Source: the human T2T-CHM13v2.0 reference genome, Homo sapiens
Strand: one strand, 5' to 3'
Assembly (NCBI RefSeq): GCF_009914755.1
Contig: NC_060926.1
Length of the DNA stretch: 64,000 nucleotides
In this document: positions 43,368 through 60,300 of the stretch, one piece after another
Layout: each line of letters starts with the position of its first letter
Position numbering within the stretch: the first letter of the stretch is position 1
Notes under the pieces: generated by a model
What the model was told of the DNA's origin: nothing
What the model saw: the letters and a program-made list of their open reading frames with translations, nothing else
Databases searched by the model: none
Translations under genes and position numbers: made by a program

Positions 43368-46300
43368 GAAAGACGAATACCTTTAAATCTCCACCAGCAT
43401 AAACCATTTCATTAAAGGGCTGTCTCCAGGTTGAAGCCATTCCTATTTGGGGGTGAGTTTGGGTTGTCACTGATGAAGCCCATGGCATGGGTGGAGCGGA
43501 CTGTGCTCCTCTCCCTACAGAAAACCTGGGAGCCCGGGCTAGAGCGGCGTCAGGCCAAGGAGGTACTGGAGGGGTCAGAGCTCCTCTGAACCTTCCCTGT
43601 GATGGGTCTGGGGGCTGGGCAAGGAAGGGGGCTCAGCAAAGCAGGCTCGTTCCCTCCGGGAACTGACCTCTCTCCTCTGTCAGTGGTGGCCTCATCTGTT
43701 TAGTAAGAGCTCTCCAGGGTCCTAGCAACTTTTATGACCCAGGAGCTAGTCCTAGTTCAATGCAGAGCTCCCCTCTGACGAGGGCCGGGGGTGGCGGGGT
43801 CGTTGATGTCAGATCCACTGAAACAGAGAGTGTGGATGCAGTCTGAAAGGGTGTGTGTTCGTGTGTGTGTTTTGGGGCGGGGGCAGGTGGGGAAGGGCTG
43901 GCTGCATCTGAGATAAGGAGGAAAAAACCATAAAGCAGAAGCTATCTATACGGCAAAGAGATGTGAAGTAAACATGATGGGAAAGAAAGAATGTTTAGCA
44001 CCAGCCAGAGACATAAAAAACAAAAAAATCAACAAGAAATATCTCAACAACAAGCCCCCGGGCAATCAAGGGAGGAGAGGGAAAGTGCCTGAGGTTTGAG
44101 CTTTTAATTTTCCCCGCAGGTAACACACAATATAAATTGAGAATCAGCTGAGCATGTTTGTGTATGGGAGCTTCCCCTAAAGACCTGCTGCTCTGAATAA
44201 CCAAAGACCTTTGCATCCTAGAAGATTTTAATAAGCCTCGGATATAGCTGTCCTCCGGGGTCTCTTGGAGTGAAAAATGCAGCAACCCAGCGGAGGATTG
44301 GGAGAAGGTGGGGAGGGGCCCTGCTCCAAGGTGGTGTCAGATTCACATCTGCAGGAAACACCGAGGCTCAAACCCTCCCCTGCTTGTGCATTTTTCCATA
44401 GCTTTGTTAGAGAGGAAGTAAAATATGAGAAATCAGCCATTGCAGAATTTATACATCAGGGTTCTGTTTCAAAATGTGCTAAAACCTCATTGATTTAGGC
44501 CCTGGGGATTTAGAGATGGTGAATATTCTCAAACATGATGAGCTAAATTTACCTGTAGATATTCTTTTTTAAAAAAGGTTTGCTGAAACACATCAATCAT
44601 ACAGAAACAGTGGAAAGGCCAAATTATTAAGAAAACAAAATGTCCTTCAGCATTTTGGAAGAGCCGTTTCAGGAGGGTATGTACAAACAGTGGCTGGCAG
44701 TATTCAAGTGGTTCTGTTCTGTTCACTGGAGCAGAGGCAGGGGACCTCCATCATCTGTTCCAAGTGATCAGGGGGATGACTAACCCCATCTCTTGTTTCA
44801 AGTTCATTTCCACTTCACATCTACTCCATTCAGCGTCAGTCTTGTTGACATTCCAGCTTCATTTTAAATGGCTTTCAGATAAAACCATTACAAATCCCAA
44901 TATCCAATCACCTTTCTTGCCACAGGGAAAATGGAGAATAAAGCTTGAAAGAAAATAGCCTCTTCCTTGCATGGAAAGGCTGTTGTGGATCGAGTGAGAA
45001 GGAGGTTCGATGGGGGAAATAGAACAGCATCCTCCTTCCTTCTGAGGCAGCTGCTCCTGGGATAGCTGAGCTGTTTGGTTTGAAATAAACTCCTCCCTGA
45101 GTCAATAGATGGAGTATGAATAGCAGAGTCTGTGCTTAAAGTGTAACAAGTGCCATGGTATCAGATATACCCATTTCTCCTTTCACCATTTAAAAATACC
45201 CACACGACAGATCTTCTCCAAATGGAGACGAGCTCAGTGCTTGTTTCAGAAGCAGGATGCCATGCTGGCCTTTCATGGGACATGATTTAAGGGGACAAAA
45301 TGTTCCATCTGCACAAAATAGCTCCCTCTTCCAGACAGCTTACCCTGCTAGGGCCACACCTCTGAGAAAAGGCAGGTGTGCAGGGACACGGCTGCCAGCC
45401 CATGTGTGTTCATTCATTTCCACAGGCAACCAGGGCTTTCTAGCTCCTGGCTTGTGTGCCATTTGGCCTTCACAGAGGGGAGTTGTACTAAGATCATTCG
45501 AATCTGAACGATGCCTTTAAGAGCGTATTACAATCCAGAGGGAGATATATCAGACATGGAAAATTCTGCCGATGATATAAGGCAGAATTTTGTCATTGGC
45601 ATGCAAAAAGTGTAAATAAAGTGAGAACACAGGAAAAGGAGCAATGACTCTCAATGTAGTGGATTAAGGAGGCATTGCAGAGGCACACGCATTGACGCTA
45701 GAAGACCAGAAGAAATCTGGATATTCAGAGAGACTGGGAAGCAAGGAGAAGGAGGGAAATCCAGGCAGAGAGAACAGTGTAAGGAAATGTTTGAAAGCGT
45801 AGAGCAGAGAGTAGAGCCTCCAAGGAGCTGGACACAGGACAGGGGAGTCCCGATGGTGAAGGGAAAAGCAAGAATGGTCTGCCCTCAGGGAGCAGCCTGT
45901 GGAAGCAAGACTGGAGAGGGGCTGGGGTCCCGAAAGGGCAGAGGGTGAGGTGGTGGGCCATCCGAAGGGGAAGGAGAAGGTCCTGGGACTGTTTTCAAGG
46001 ACGTCGTGATTTTGCCAGGGCCCAGCCCACTAGCCTATCTCCCAGCAGTGCCTGCCATTGCTATTGTCCCTGTGTGAGCTGAGAAATAGAGTAAAACTCT
46101 GCTGGTGACTCAGACCTGGGGCTGCTATTTCCTTGTGTTATTTAAAATCAGCAAAGCCTTGTTGTATGCACTGCCTGGGCTGGGCTGTACAAAGCTCAGC
46201 AAATAGTCCCATTCCCTCCCACAAAGCTCCCATGTCCTGGCGTCTCCTCTCCCTCTCTTCCTCTACAGCGACTCTCTGAGTGATGGTCCTGCTGTATTTT

Positions 46301-46609
46301 CTCTCTCCCCACTTCAGATCAATCTGTTCCTTTTGAAGGCCAGATACTCCCATGGAGCACCAGGAAGCAGGGCCCAAGCACCCCTGCGTGCAGGAAAAAG
46401 CCAGGCCCACTCAGGTGTGCGGCCCGGCACAACGGCCCATGGTCTGGAGGCCTGGGAGCTGGCCATCCAACCCCTTGGGGTCTCAGACTCACCATCTGTT
46501 AGCCGGGGGTCATTATCCTGGACCAGCCTGTGTCCTGGGACCATCACGAGGATGACAAGAAACTGTTGTGGGAAAGTCTAAGTAAAGCATCAAGTCCTTT
46601 ACAAGCACG

Positions 46610-46790
46610 AGGGGGCATGGGATAGAGGTTAAGGCTCTTGGGCCAGAGTCCCTGAGTTCAAATCCCAGCTGCCTCTTCCTAGTTTGCGTGCCCTGGATGA
46701 AGCTAATTAACTTCTCTTTGCCCTTGGGTTGTTTCCTCACCCTTAAAATGAAGGAAATAATAATGCTTACAATAGCATTTGGTGCAGTTT
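46610..46790 (+). mobile_element. MIR
   Basis: ctgagttcaaatcccagct...gtttcctcacccttaaaatgaagg core. Confidence 0.6.
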
Positions 46791-46831
46791 ATCCCTCAAT
46801 AAGAAACAGCTATTCTCAGTCTACTAAATAG

Positions 46832-47160
<329 letters not shown>

Positions 47161-47896
47161 TTGCTTGTCCTTTAGACCTTTAAGTTATGTGCTAAATATA
47201 AAAATGGCTTCTTCTATTATGAATCACATTTGTAGCTTATTTTTAGTAGCATGGAATCAGAAATAATTTTTTTCCTCATCTTATATAATATTTTTCAAGT
47301 TTTAGGTATTTTAGATGTGAGTCTCTCTTCTTTTTTTAAAACTAGGTGAAACTTACATTCATGGATCTTAAGTGTAAAATTCAATGAGTTTCAATAAATG
47401 CATTTCCCTGTATACCGCCACACAATCAAGACATAGAACATTTCCATTTGTTCCACATGTTCTCTCATGTCCCTTTCCAGTCGATTTCTAGTCCCTTAGT
47501 AACCAGTGCTCTGATTTCTAGCACCAAAGATCAGTTTGCCTGTTTTAAACTTCATATAAAAGGTATCCTACAGAATGTACTTTTTGTGTGTCTGGCTTCT
47601 TTTGGTCAAGGTAATGTTTTTGTGATTCATCCATGTTGTTGCATATATAAGTAATGTATTGATTTTTATTGTAGAGTAATAGCCCGTTGCATGCCTATAC
47701 CACAACTTCTTGGTCCATTTCTCTGTTGATGATAAACTTTTGGGTGCTTCTAGGGTTGGGCTATATGAGCAAAGTTGCTGTAAACATTCATGTGAGTCTT
47801 TTTCTGAAAATATAATTTTATTTCTCTTGAGGAAATTCCTAAGAACAGAATGGTTATGTCACAGGATAGGTACCCTTAGCTTTATAAGAAATTGCT

Positions 47897-48247
<351 letters not shown>

Positions 48248-49073
48248 TCACACTCTTATCAGCAATGTAAAAAAAATTTCAGTTGTTCCATCCTCATCAA
48301 CATTTGATTACTGTCAGACTTTTACATTTTAGCTATTTTAGAGCATGTGAAATAATATCTCTTTGTAATTTTGATCTTCATTTCTCTAATGACTTAGGAT
48401 GTTGATCACATTTTCACATGTTTATTGGCCATACGTCTATCTTATTCTATGGAGTGTCTCTTCAAGTCTTTTGCCTACATAAAAAATTTCATAATTTGTC
48501 TTATTATTATTGACTTATAGGGATTCTTTATATATTCTGGCTACAAGTCCTTTGTCAGATAAATGTGAATATTTTCTTCCTGTGTGTGACTTGCCTTCTC
48601 TTGCCTTCTTAAATGTGATTTTTTTATGAATAGGAGTTTTCAATTTTTTTTACTCTGTGACTAGCCAAAGAGAGTTTCCAATTTTTAAGAAATGCAAGTT
48701 TTTAGTGAAATTTATTTCTTATGTTTAGTCTTTTAAAATTTTTCTTTAAGAAACCTTTGCCTAACCCAAGAATACAAAAAAAGATGTTCTATATTTTCTT
48801 CTAGAAGCTTATAAGTTTTTAATGTTTAATTCTATAATCCATCTTACATTAATTTTTGTGGATGGTATGAGGTAGGAGTTTGAAGTTCATTTTTTCTCCA
48901 TATAGATACCTAGTTCTAGATATCCAACACCTTGATTGAAAATCAATTGATTTTATATGTACAGAGTTTATTTCTGGACACTATTCTGCTCCATTGGTCT
49001 ATATGTCTATTCTTAGACCAATGCCACACTTTCTTAATTCCTTTAACTTTATAGTTAGACTTATAATTAAATA

Positions 49074-49662
<589 letters not shown>

Positions 49663-50695
49663 TGGTGTGAACCCTCCAATTCTCTTCTCCATTTTCAAGG
49701 CTGCTTTAGCTATTCTAGATCATTTGCATGTCCACATAAATTTTAAAGTAGTTTTCAATTTCTACAAAATAGTTTGTTGTGATTTTTATTAGGATTGCAT
49801 TCAGTCTATAGATCATTTTGTGGAGAATTGTCATCTTAACAATTATGAATCTTCAGTCCATGAACATAATCTATTTTCTACATGTTTGGTTTTTTTTTTT
49901 TTTTATTTCTCTCAGCATTTTGTGTTGTTTTGTTTTTAGGGTGGAAGTCTTTCCTGTCTTTGGTAAAATTTATTTTCTTGTGTATTAATCATATATCCTG
50001 AAAACTTGCTAAATTCATTCATTAATTGTAGTAGCTTTTTAATAGATTCCTTAGGATTTTCTACATAACCAATCAGGTTTTCTGTGAATAAAGATAGTTT
50101 TACTTCTTCCTTTCCAATCTGTAGGAGTTGTTTTTACCTTGCCACCTTGTACTGGCTAGAATTCTAGCACAGTGTTGAACAGAAGTGGTGAGAGTAGAAA
50201 ACTTTGCCTGACTCATGATCTTAATGTTCAATATTTCTGAATTAAGTATAATGTTAGCTGGATGATTTTTATCAGATTGAGGAAGCTCCTTTTATTGGTA
50301 GTTTGCTGATAGTTATTATCATGAATGGGTGTTGAATTTTGTCAAATGCATTTTCTGCATCTATTGATATAATCATGAATTTTTTCCTTTACTGTGTTAA
50401 TATGGTAAAATATTTTGATTTTCTACTTTTAAATTAACATTGCATTCCTGGGATAATACTCACTTGTCATGATGTGTTATTCTTTTCATATATTGCTATT
50501 CAGTTGGCTAATATTTTGTTAAGGATTTTTACATCTGTGTTCATGAGAGATATTGGGCTGTAATTTTCTTTTTGTGTAAGGTCTTTGTCAGGTTTTGATA
50601 ATAAAAAATGAATTGAGATGTGCTCTTCCTTCTCTATTTTCTGAAAGAGTTTGTGTAAGATTGTTATTACGTTTTCCTTTCAATGTTTTCTACAG

Positions 50696-51028
<333 letters not shown>

Positions 51029-51701
51029 CTAGATCTGAAGTTTTCTTTGTGGAAGGAAGTTTATTGTCATCATCATCATTGTTATTACAAATTCAATTTC
51101 TTTAATAGATATGGAGGCTCTTTGGATTTTCCATTTCTTTTTCTGTCAGTTTTGGTAAGTTGTTTTTCAAAAGATTTATTCATTTCATCTGAGTTGTAGA
51201 ATTTATTGAGGTAAGTTATTGGTAATATTCCCATATTTTCCTTTAAATGTAATGATATTCCCTCTTTTATTCCTGATATTGGTAATTTGTGTTTTCTTGC
51301 TTTTTATTTTTGATAAGTCTTGCTAGGGTTTATCTATTTTATTAATTTTTTTTGAAGAACCAACTTTTGGCTTTGTTAAATTTCTCTGTTGTCTATTTTC
51401 TATTTCCTTCCTTTTATACTGTCCTTGGGTTTAATTTGGTGGGGGGTGTTTGATTTTTATTTATTGAAATATAATTCACATTCCATAACATTCATCCTTC
51501 TAAAGTGCACAGTTCAGTCGTTTTTAGTATATTCCCAAGGTTGTACACCCATCACCACTACCTAATTCCAGAGTATTTTCATCACCCTGGAAGGAGACTC
51601 CATACCCGTGAGCAGTCACTCCCCATTCTCCCTCCCCACAGCCCTTGACAACCACAAATCTCCTCTCTGTATGGATTTGCCTGTTCTGAGCATTTCGTAT
51701 A

Positions 51702-52037
51702 CATTCATGCACCACATAACACCGTTTTGGTCAACGACCACTTGGATATACAACAGTGGTCCCATAAGATTATAATATTGTATTTACTGTATCTTTTCTA
51801 TGTTTAGATACACAAATACTTACCATTGTACTATGATTGCCTACAGCATTGAATACAGTTACGTTCTGTACACGTTTGTGGCCTAGGAGCAGTAGGTCAT
51901 ACCATGTAGCCTAGGTGTGTAGTTGGCTATACCATCTAGCTTTGTGTAAGTACACTCTATGATGTTCACACAATGACACAATCGCTTAATGATGCATTTT
52001 TCAGAATGTACTCCTATCACTAAGCGATGCCTGACTG
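51702..52037 (+). mobile_element. Tigger3a/MER7A-like DNA transposon
   Basis: cattcatgcaccacataac...taagcgatgcctgactg flanked by TA dinucleotides. Confidence 0.82.
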
Positions 52038-53873
52038 TAAATGAGGTTATACAGTATGTGGTCTTTTGTGTCTGGCTTCTTTTATTTAACATAATGTTTT
52101 CAAGATTTGGGTTTAATTTGCTTTTCTTTTGGTATCTTTTTAAGGCAGAAACCTAGATTACAATTTTACACTTTTCTTCTTTTCTGCTGTAAGTACTTAA
52201 AATGATAAATGTTAATATGTTGTATTTTCATTATAATTCAGTTAAAAATGTTTCATAATTTCTCTTTTACTTCCTTCTTTGACCATAGGTTAAGAAAGGC
52301 ATTAATTTCCAAATATTTGGAACTTTCAAAGATAATCTTCTTATTATTGATTTTTAGCTGAATTCCACTATGGTCAGAGAACATACTCTGTAAGATTTCA
52401 GTCTTTTGAAATGTATTGAGACTTGTCTAATTGCCCATATCTCTTGTAATAACAATTTTTTTCCCCATGAGAAACACATCTTCAATTTTATAATGACAGT
52501 TGATGGCATGGTAGAAGAAAGAAATTCACTTCAAAGAGTTGTCCAAGAAAGCAGCTGTTCCTCATGTTTCTTACATAGTATACTCTCTGAAAATCACCAA
52601 TGACTCACAGAGCCAGACTTGGGATACTGCAGAGTCCCTGGGCCTCCCACTGGAAAAGGTTACCCCTTCCATTTTCCCCATTTCTCAGCTAAATGGAGGC
52701 CCCATGGAACTCTAACCCTTTATTATCCACAAATTGTACTAAAATATCATTTCTACCTCCACTCATGTATTTCCCCTTAACCCACCCTGCTAACATCCAG
52801 GTTTACACTATGGAAACTTAGGCTTGGGTCAGGGATTCATCTGAGAGGCAGGGGCAGGGCAGGGATGATAAATCCCATCTCTCTGGCTCAGCTCAAACCC
52901 TTCTTCCAGGTCCTCACTCAAACTCTGACTTTGCCCTGCAACCGACTGAAAGCGCTGGTTCCCATTTTTCAGACCCTGGCACTGAGGCAGGAAGGGCCTG
53001 TGGTATTTGTCTTTGAGCCTTGGACAGTGCCACCCACACAGTCATCAACTGCTGGGTCCTAGATTCCCCTGTTACGGTGACAGAGGAGCTTGTGGTCCCA
53101 GTGATCCACAAGTGTGTAGAGTACCCATTCTGTGCCAGGCACTGGGAATACAATGAGGTATAATGGGAGGGTGACTCTTTTACTCTCCGATAGGGTAAAA
53201 ATATTGTGGAAACTGCAGTCCTGACTTTACCTTAAACTTCGGCTGAAAAAAAAAAAAGCCAGTGGGTGAAAACTCGTCTCCACCTCAGCAGATTAGCCCT
53301 TCTGCTTTGAAGTAAAAGAAAATAAAATAGAAACGAGGACTGTTGAGGCAGCGTCTAGCAGGTGGATCAGTTCAGACAGAAAGCGGTCAAGTGGTCTAGG
53401 GTAAAAATGATCACATGATAGTCCCTGTCTCCGGAGCCTTTTCTAGAACTGTCACCGAGAGAAATGGATCACTGTCTGGTGCTGCCTGGATGGCTGGCTG
53501 CAGGGGGGCCCCTGTTGCTAACTGATCACTGCTCCTGCACCCACAGGCGGTGTTCCTTGCTCCCACTTCTATGCCAGGTCTGTTCTGTGCCAGGCTCCAT
53601 GCTGCTGCTGGGAAAGCAGCCAAGGGGCCTGGCCCTCAAGGCGCCCACCTGGATGGCAGTGGCTCCAGGTGTTTCCACCCTGATGTCTCCATGTTTGCCA
53701 GAATTCAGGGTGTCAGCAACTGGCACCTGTCTAGATGAGAATCAACTAAGGCCCTGTACCCCAAATCCCTGGGTCCGCGGTGGTCCCCAGGACCACAATT
53801 GACTCTTGCCCTGCCCTGTCACTCACTCCCCTGATCCCAGCGCCGCTCCTTCCTCTCTCATGGCGCCTGCTGA

Positions 53874-54628
<755 letters not shown>

Positions 54629-54879
54629 TGGGGTGGCTTCCCCCCATCCTGGGCTAAGTGGGTTTCCTCACCATGAGCTGCCTGGGCACCTGTGCCTCCC
54701 TTCCATAAAGCTCCTCATGATGATGGGTGCAGTGGTCATCTTCCCCCTTTGAGGACAGGAACCACGTCTGTCTCATTCCCCACCATCCCCCAGTGCGTGG
54801 CACATGGCTGCCCTTCAACAGAACGAGTGGATAAATGATTAAATAACTGATTTACAAAACACATTAAAATGAAGCTTTT

Positions 54880-55250
54880 AATAAATTGGAAAAAAATTAT
54901 GACATTGATGAGACAATTAGGAATTTGATGACTGCCTGATTAGTTTATAGTACTAAGGAATTGTTATTAATTTCTTTAAAATGACAAAGTATGTGGTATT
55001 TATTTGAGCTCTTATCTTTTATAACTGTGTACTGAATATTTACAGATGGAATGGTATGGGGTTTGGGATCTTCTTCAAAATAATTTGGGGTGAGGAAGTA
55101 GGATGGGATGCAAATGAAGCAAGATTGGCCATGAATTGATGGTAGCTGAAATTGGATGGTACAACATAGGGCCATGATACTGTTCTCCCCACTCTTGTAT
55201 GTATTTGAGAGTTTTTTTATATATAAAAAGTTAAAAAAAAAAAAAAAAAA
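54880..55250 (+). mobile_element. Old L1 3' end with poly-A tail
   Basis: L1M-type 3'UTR-like motifs ending in an A-run. Confidence 0.6.
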
Positions 55251-55730
<480 letters not shown>

Positions 55731-56751
55731 CTATCAAAGCAGAAGTCTGGGGAATTTTCTGTGTGCTCTGTCTGCCCTTCGCTGGTGTGCAATGGCTTGC
55801 TCTGGGGGAGGGAGGAGGGGAGAACATTCACTACCTGGGGCATTAGGCAGAGAAGATTTCCCTCAGGTGTGGTGAGGGGGACTGAGTGTGCTGTGAAGAA
55901 TGGAGGATGCAGGGGGCATATCCGTTAGGACTAAAACAAAAGCGCAGGGCTGTGTCCACAGCCAGCCACCGGCTGCCAAGGTCGTCGTAAGGGTCCCCTC
56001 TATTGCTGCCTTCAGCAGGGACAATGCCAACCTCACATTCTCCAAGAGAGGGGGTGCTAGGCTGGACCACAGCCCACAGACAGGCCTAGGCATTGCAGGA
56101 GCATTTCAGGGGTGGGTGCACTGGGTATTCTGCCTCCTTTACCAGGGGCGGCAGATAAGTTTCCAAATAGTAGCTATATTTATCATCAAGAGGGAGGGCT
56201 CCCTCATTTTACTGGGGAAAATAAATGTAATGTGGAGTCAGAGGTGGAGCCTGCAGCCAACAGTAGGGGGACATCTTGTCCCCAGTGCCTCAGCTGCAAC
56301 CCTTCCCTGCACAATCACTCAGCAGGCCCACTGCTCCCTCCCTAGCTGGTCTCCCTCTTCTACTTCCTATAGCCTCTGCTCCAGCTACATGGTGTGGCTT
56401 CCCCGACATGGAACTTGGCTGCAATTCTCCTCCTCTGGCCTCTGGTCTGGTCGGTCCCTCACCCAAAAAGACTTCACCTTCCTCCATCACCAATTCCTCA
56501 CTTCCTGCATCTCCATAGGTACAAACAGGGGCAGTTTTTCAAGACCCAGCTTAGGCACTTCCTCCTCCTGCTCCTTTTCCCTCGTCTCTGTAGCTCTAAG
56601 TAAGCTGTCATCCTCTGAACATTGTTGCTATTTACCCCCACCGCTGGCCCTCCTGTATGCTGCACTCATTTCACCTCTGTGTGTATGTTTCTTCTCCTCT
56701 GTCAGATGGTGAGATCCTGCCCCACGTGTGGTCGCAGTAAGGCTCGGAAAG

Positions 56752-56972
56752 AGGCATGAGCCACCACGCCTGGCCCTTTCATGGCCTTTGATCCTGCCAA
56801 TGAACTAAGACCCTTCGGTGGCTTCTTAAATACCGCCCATTTCCCCTGCTCAATAAAAACTCCCGCCTCCCTTCTGGGCTCCGGGGGCCAACTCAGAGCC
56901 TGCTCCCACCTCCTTTCCCGTCTGCCCTTTCTCCTTCCTCTGTCTTCCCCTAACTGACTCTGGCTTACACAC
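56752..56972 (+). repeat. 221-bp dispersed direct repeat, copy 2
   Basis: See copy 1. Confidence 0.92.
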
Positions 56973-57033
56973 GCAATCCCTCTTGCTTCCCACCTATGGG
57001 CTGGAGCTGAACTTGCTAATATTTGTTAGGCTT

Positions 57034-57334
<301 letters not shown>

Positions 57335-60300
57335 TTAGGCCCCTCTGGAGCCCTAGAAGATTCTCTGGGTTAGGGAAGTTGATGGAAGGAGTAAGAGCCA
57401 AGGTTCTTGGTTCTTGGCCCTTGAGGCCTCTTCCAGTCCCTTGATCCTCCTTGGATAGAAAGTTCTGGGGTGAGAGCTCACAGTTGGGGAAATGGAGCCA
57501 AAGAGTGACAGTGCCACAGTGGAAGAACTCAAACCCATGACACAGTGAATCCCTCAAAGACAGAAACCATGTCTGATGTCTGTCCTGAAGATGCTCAAAA
57601 GCTTGGGCAGCATGCAGAGGTGTGGCCAGTTTCTGAAATGCAATGTACCTTGGCAGAGCAGTAGGAAGAATGTGTGCAAAGTACTGCTAGAGGAGTACTT
57701 TGTGTGCAAAGTACTACTCCTTCATGGAGGAGGTAGCATATGAGCTGGGCCTTGAAGGATGAGCAGAATTAATGGGCGTTCTCAAGGTGGAGGGTGGTCA
57801 TTCCAGGCAGAAGAAATATGATCGATGTCTCAAAGTTTGGAGGTGTAAAAGGGTGTGGTATCTTTTGGGAATGGCTGGAAGTTGAATGTAGTGGGAACAT
57901 AGCAGGGTGGGAATCAGGGGGAGGGTGGGAAGAAGAGTAAGAATGAAAAGGTGGAGGGGGATGCCCTGCAAACCTTTGTGCCAATTTCCAGCCACAGTGA
58001 ATTATGTGGAAGCCAGATCCAGCCTTTAGATGTTCTTATCTCACACAGAAAATCCCCAAACCTCATGTCTTGGCAAGAAGGCTCAGGGGATAGAAAGAGA
58101 AGGGAGACATCAGGGTTGGCCCTGGACTGTCTGTCACTTGGTTCCCTTACAGTCCAGGTCCCCCAGCCTTGGTGCTCAGCACTGGACAGAAGGTTGGACT
58201 AGAAGAACTTCGGGACCCTTCACACCCTGCGTTCTGTGGCTCTGTGATTGATGTAGGGAACTATCTCAGGAGTTGATAAAGGAAATACCTGAAGCTAATA
58301 CTTCCTCTCTTTGAGTAGCAACCTGTGGTCAAGATGGCTCCTTCTTAGATAGCCCACTCTTGATTACTCCTGGGAACTGCAGGCCTCTGAGCTAAATGAG
58401 GACCACTGTCTCCATTTTGTTAATGAGAAACCCAGCTGAGCCCTGTGGCCTGCAGGCACAATAGAGATTCGCCCAGGACTCCCTATCTCCTGTCTGACCC
58501 AATGGGATTGTGACTCCTGGAGGGCCAGGCTGGCCCCTTCACCTCAGGGTCCCAGGCCTGTGCACAAATATTAGCATGTTCAGGAAATGCATGAACAGGG
58601 CAGCACCAGCTTAGGAGCAGCCAGGGGCAGTAAGAACTAAGAGCTAGATACAGAACTGGCTGGGAGCACTGACCGAGGGGCCGACTGACCTGAGGGCAGT
58701 GGGAAAAGAGGTGGCCACGGGCAAAGCTGGTGCACACCCAGCCAGATGAGAACAGGAGTCTCGGGGGTCTGCCTGCCTGGGTTCCTGCGGAACATCTCAG
58801 CAGAGGCTCCTACAGAGCAGAGTCCAGGCTCTCTGCCTTCTCCTGGCAGACTGGAACCCCTTAGACGTGCTCTCCTCTTCCCTTTATATCTCACATGGGG
58901 CCCTCTGCTGGTGTGGAGAGAAGATACCTCAGGGGCCAGCAGCTGCTCCCGAGGAGAATGGGAATGGCTGCCTCACAAACACATCGACCATTTGAATACT
59001 CTTCCCACAAACTCTTCCATACCTATGGTTTCCCTGAAGCAATCTAGTGAAGTGAGTGTTATTATCATGCCCATTTTACAGATGAGGAAACTGAGGGTGA
59101 GTGGCAGAACCCAGGTAGGATCTAGGGCTTCTGACTCCATATCCAGAACTTTTTCCACAATAGCCCAGGAGGGCTCTTTCCTTAGTGTCTTGGATGGCAC
59201 AGCACAGAAGGTCAAGCCATATTTCAACCAGCTGCTCTGGCCTACCTAGGGCCACTGCCAATGGGCACAGCTCACCAAGGGCTCCCTCACCACCTCCCCC
59301 GGCATTGACTTTCACTCAAAAGCCTTGGGGAGCCTGGGGCCAGTGTCTCCCTCTGCGTGTTTACCAGTTTCTTGTTTCCCCCTGCAGAGGACTTGCTTGG
59401 CCCCCAGTGGTTGCATGTGCTGGGAGATGCTAAGGAACATTGTAGAGCGGGTCCATTCCCTCTGAATTGTGGTCAGTGTTGGTCTTTTGGGGCGCCTACA
59501 ACTGTGAACTGCTAGATGACACAGGTGAGCGGCTGAGGCATCTTTCGTTGTAATAAAGGTACTTTCTGGAAACTGCTTGTCATCTGCCTATTCCTGCTGC
59601 CCAGCCCCCTTCCCCAGGAGCTCTGCCCATGGCCACCTCCTGCCAATGTGGAGCTTGGAAGCGATTTCTCCACTCAGTCCAGAGAGCAAGGGTTGCAAAT
59701 AAACTAATTCCTGTGTGGTCAGTGAGGCTAAAGGCCCAGCCCTTCACTGCTCCAAGGAGAAGATGGGTGTCAGACAAGGTGCTGGCCCCCAGGTGGCCCA
59801 GGAGCAGATAAAGAGCTTGCAAGATTGAGTACTCAGGATGAGGTCCTGAGAGCTGGGACCACCGTGCCTCAGCTCCTCCGTGAATGCCACGCGCAGTGTT
59901 CTACCCATGAACCTTGGTTTCTCGGCCTGCAAGTGGGCCTGTCCGGTGCAGCCTGGACCGTTCCAGCACAGCTGCAGCAGGATGGCAACCTGTAGCTTAA
60001 CCGCCCCACACTATGCTGCCCGTGGAGCTCAGGGCCACATTTCACAGATGAAAGGACACATTTGCTTTTTCTAAAGCCAGCATGAGCCTGCAGGTGGCAC
60101 ACAGAGGGAGATCCAGGGTGCTGCAGAGAAAGCAGTCAGTGGGTTGGGGTGGGAGGCAAAAGGCAGCCCAGCCCACACCTCCCTCTCCCTCCTGCCTAAC
60201 CTCCGCCTGCCGGCAGGGCCACTGCCATCACCTCCACCCCTGCCTGTCCCTATGAACACAAGCTGCAATGTGGGCATCCCAGGGCCTCTGGGTAGGTGAT

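Noticed and set aside
55900-56712. 270-aa plus-strand ORF
   Set aside because: Non-ATG start, Ser/Leu-rich low-complexity sequence, no recognisable domain or splice structure; likely a chance intronic ORF
58176-58192. REST/NRSE-like TCAGCACTGGACAG
   Set aside because: Half-sites lack the canonical 2-nt spacer and the 3' flank is poor
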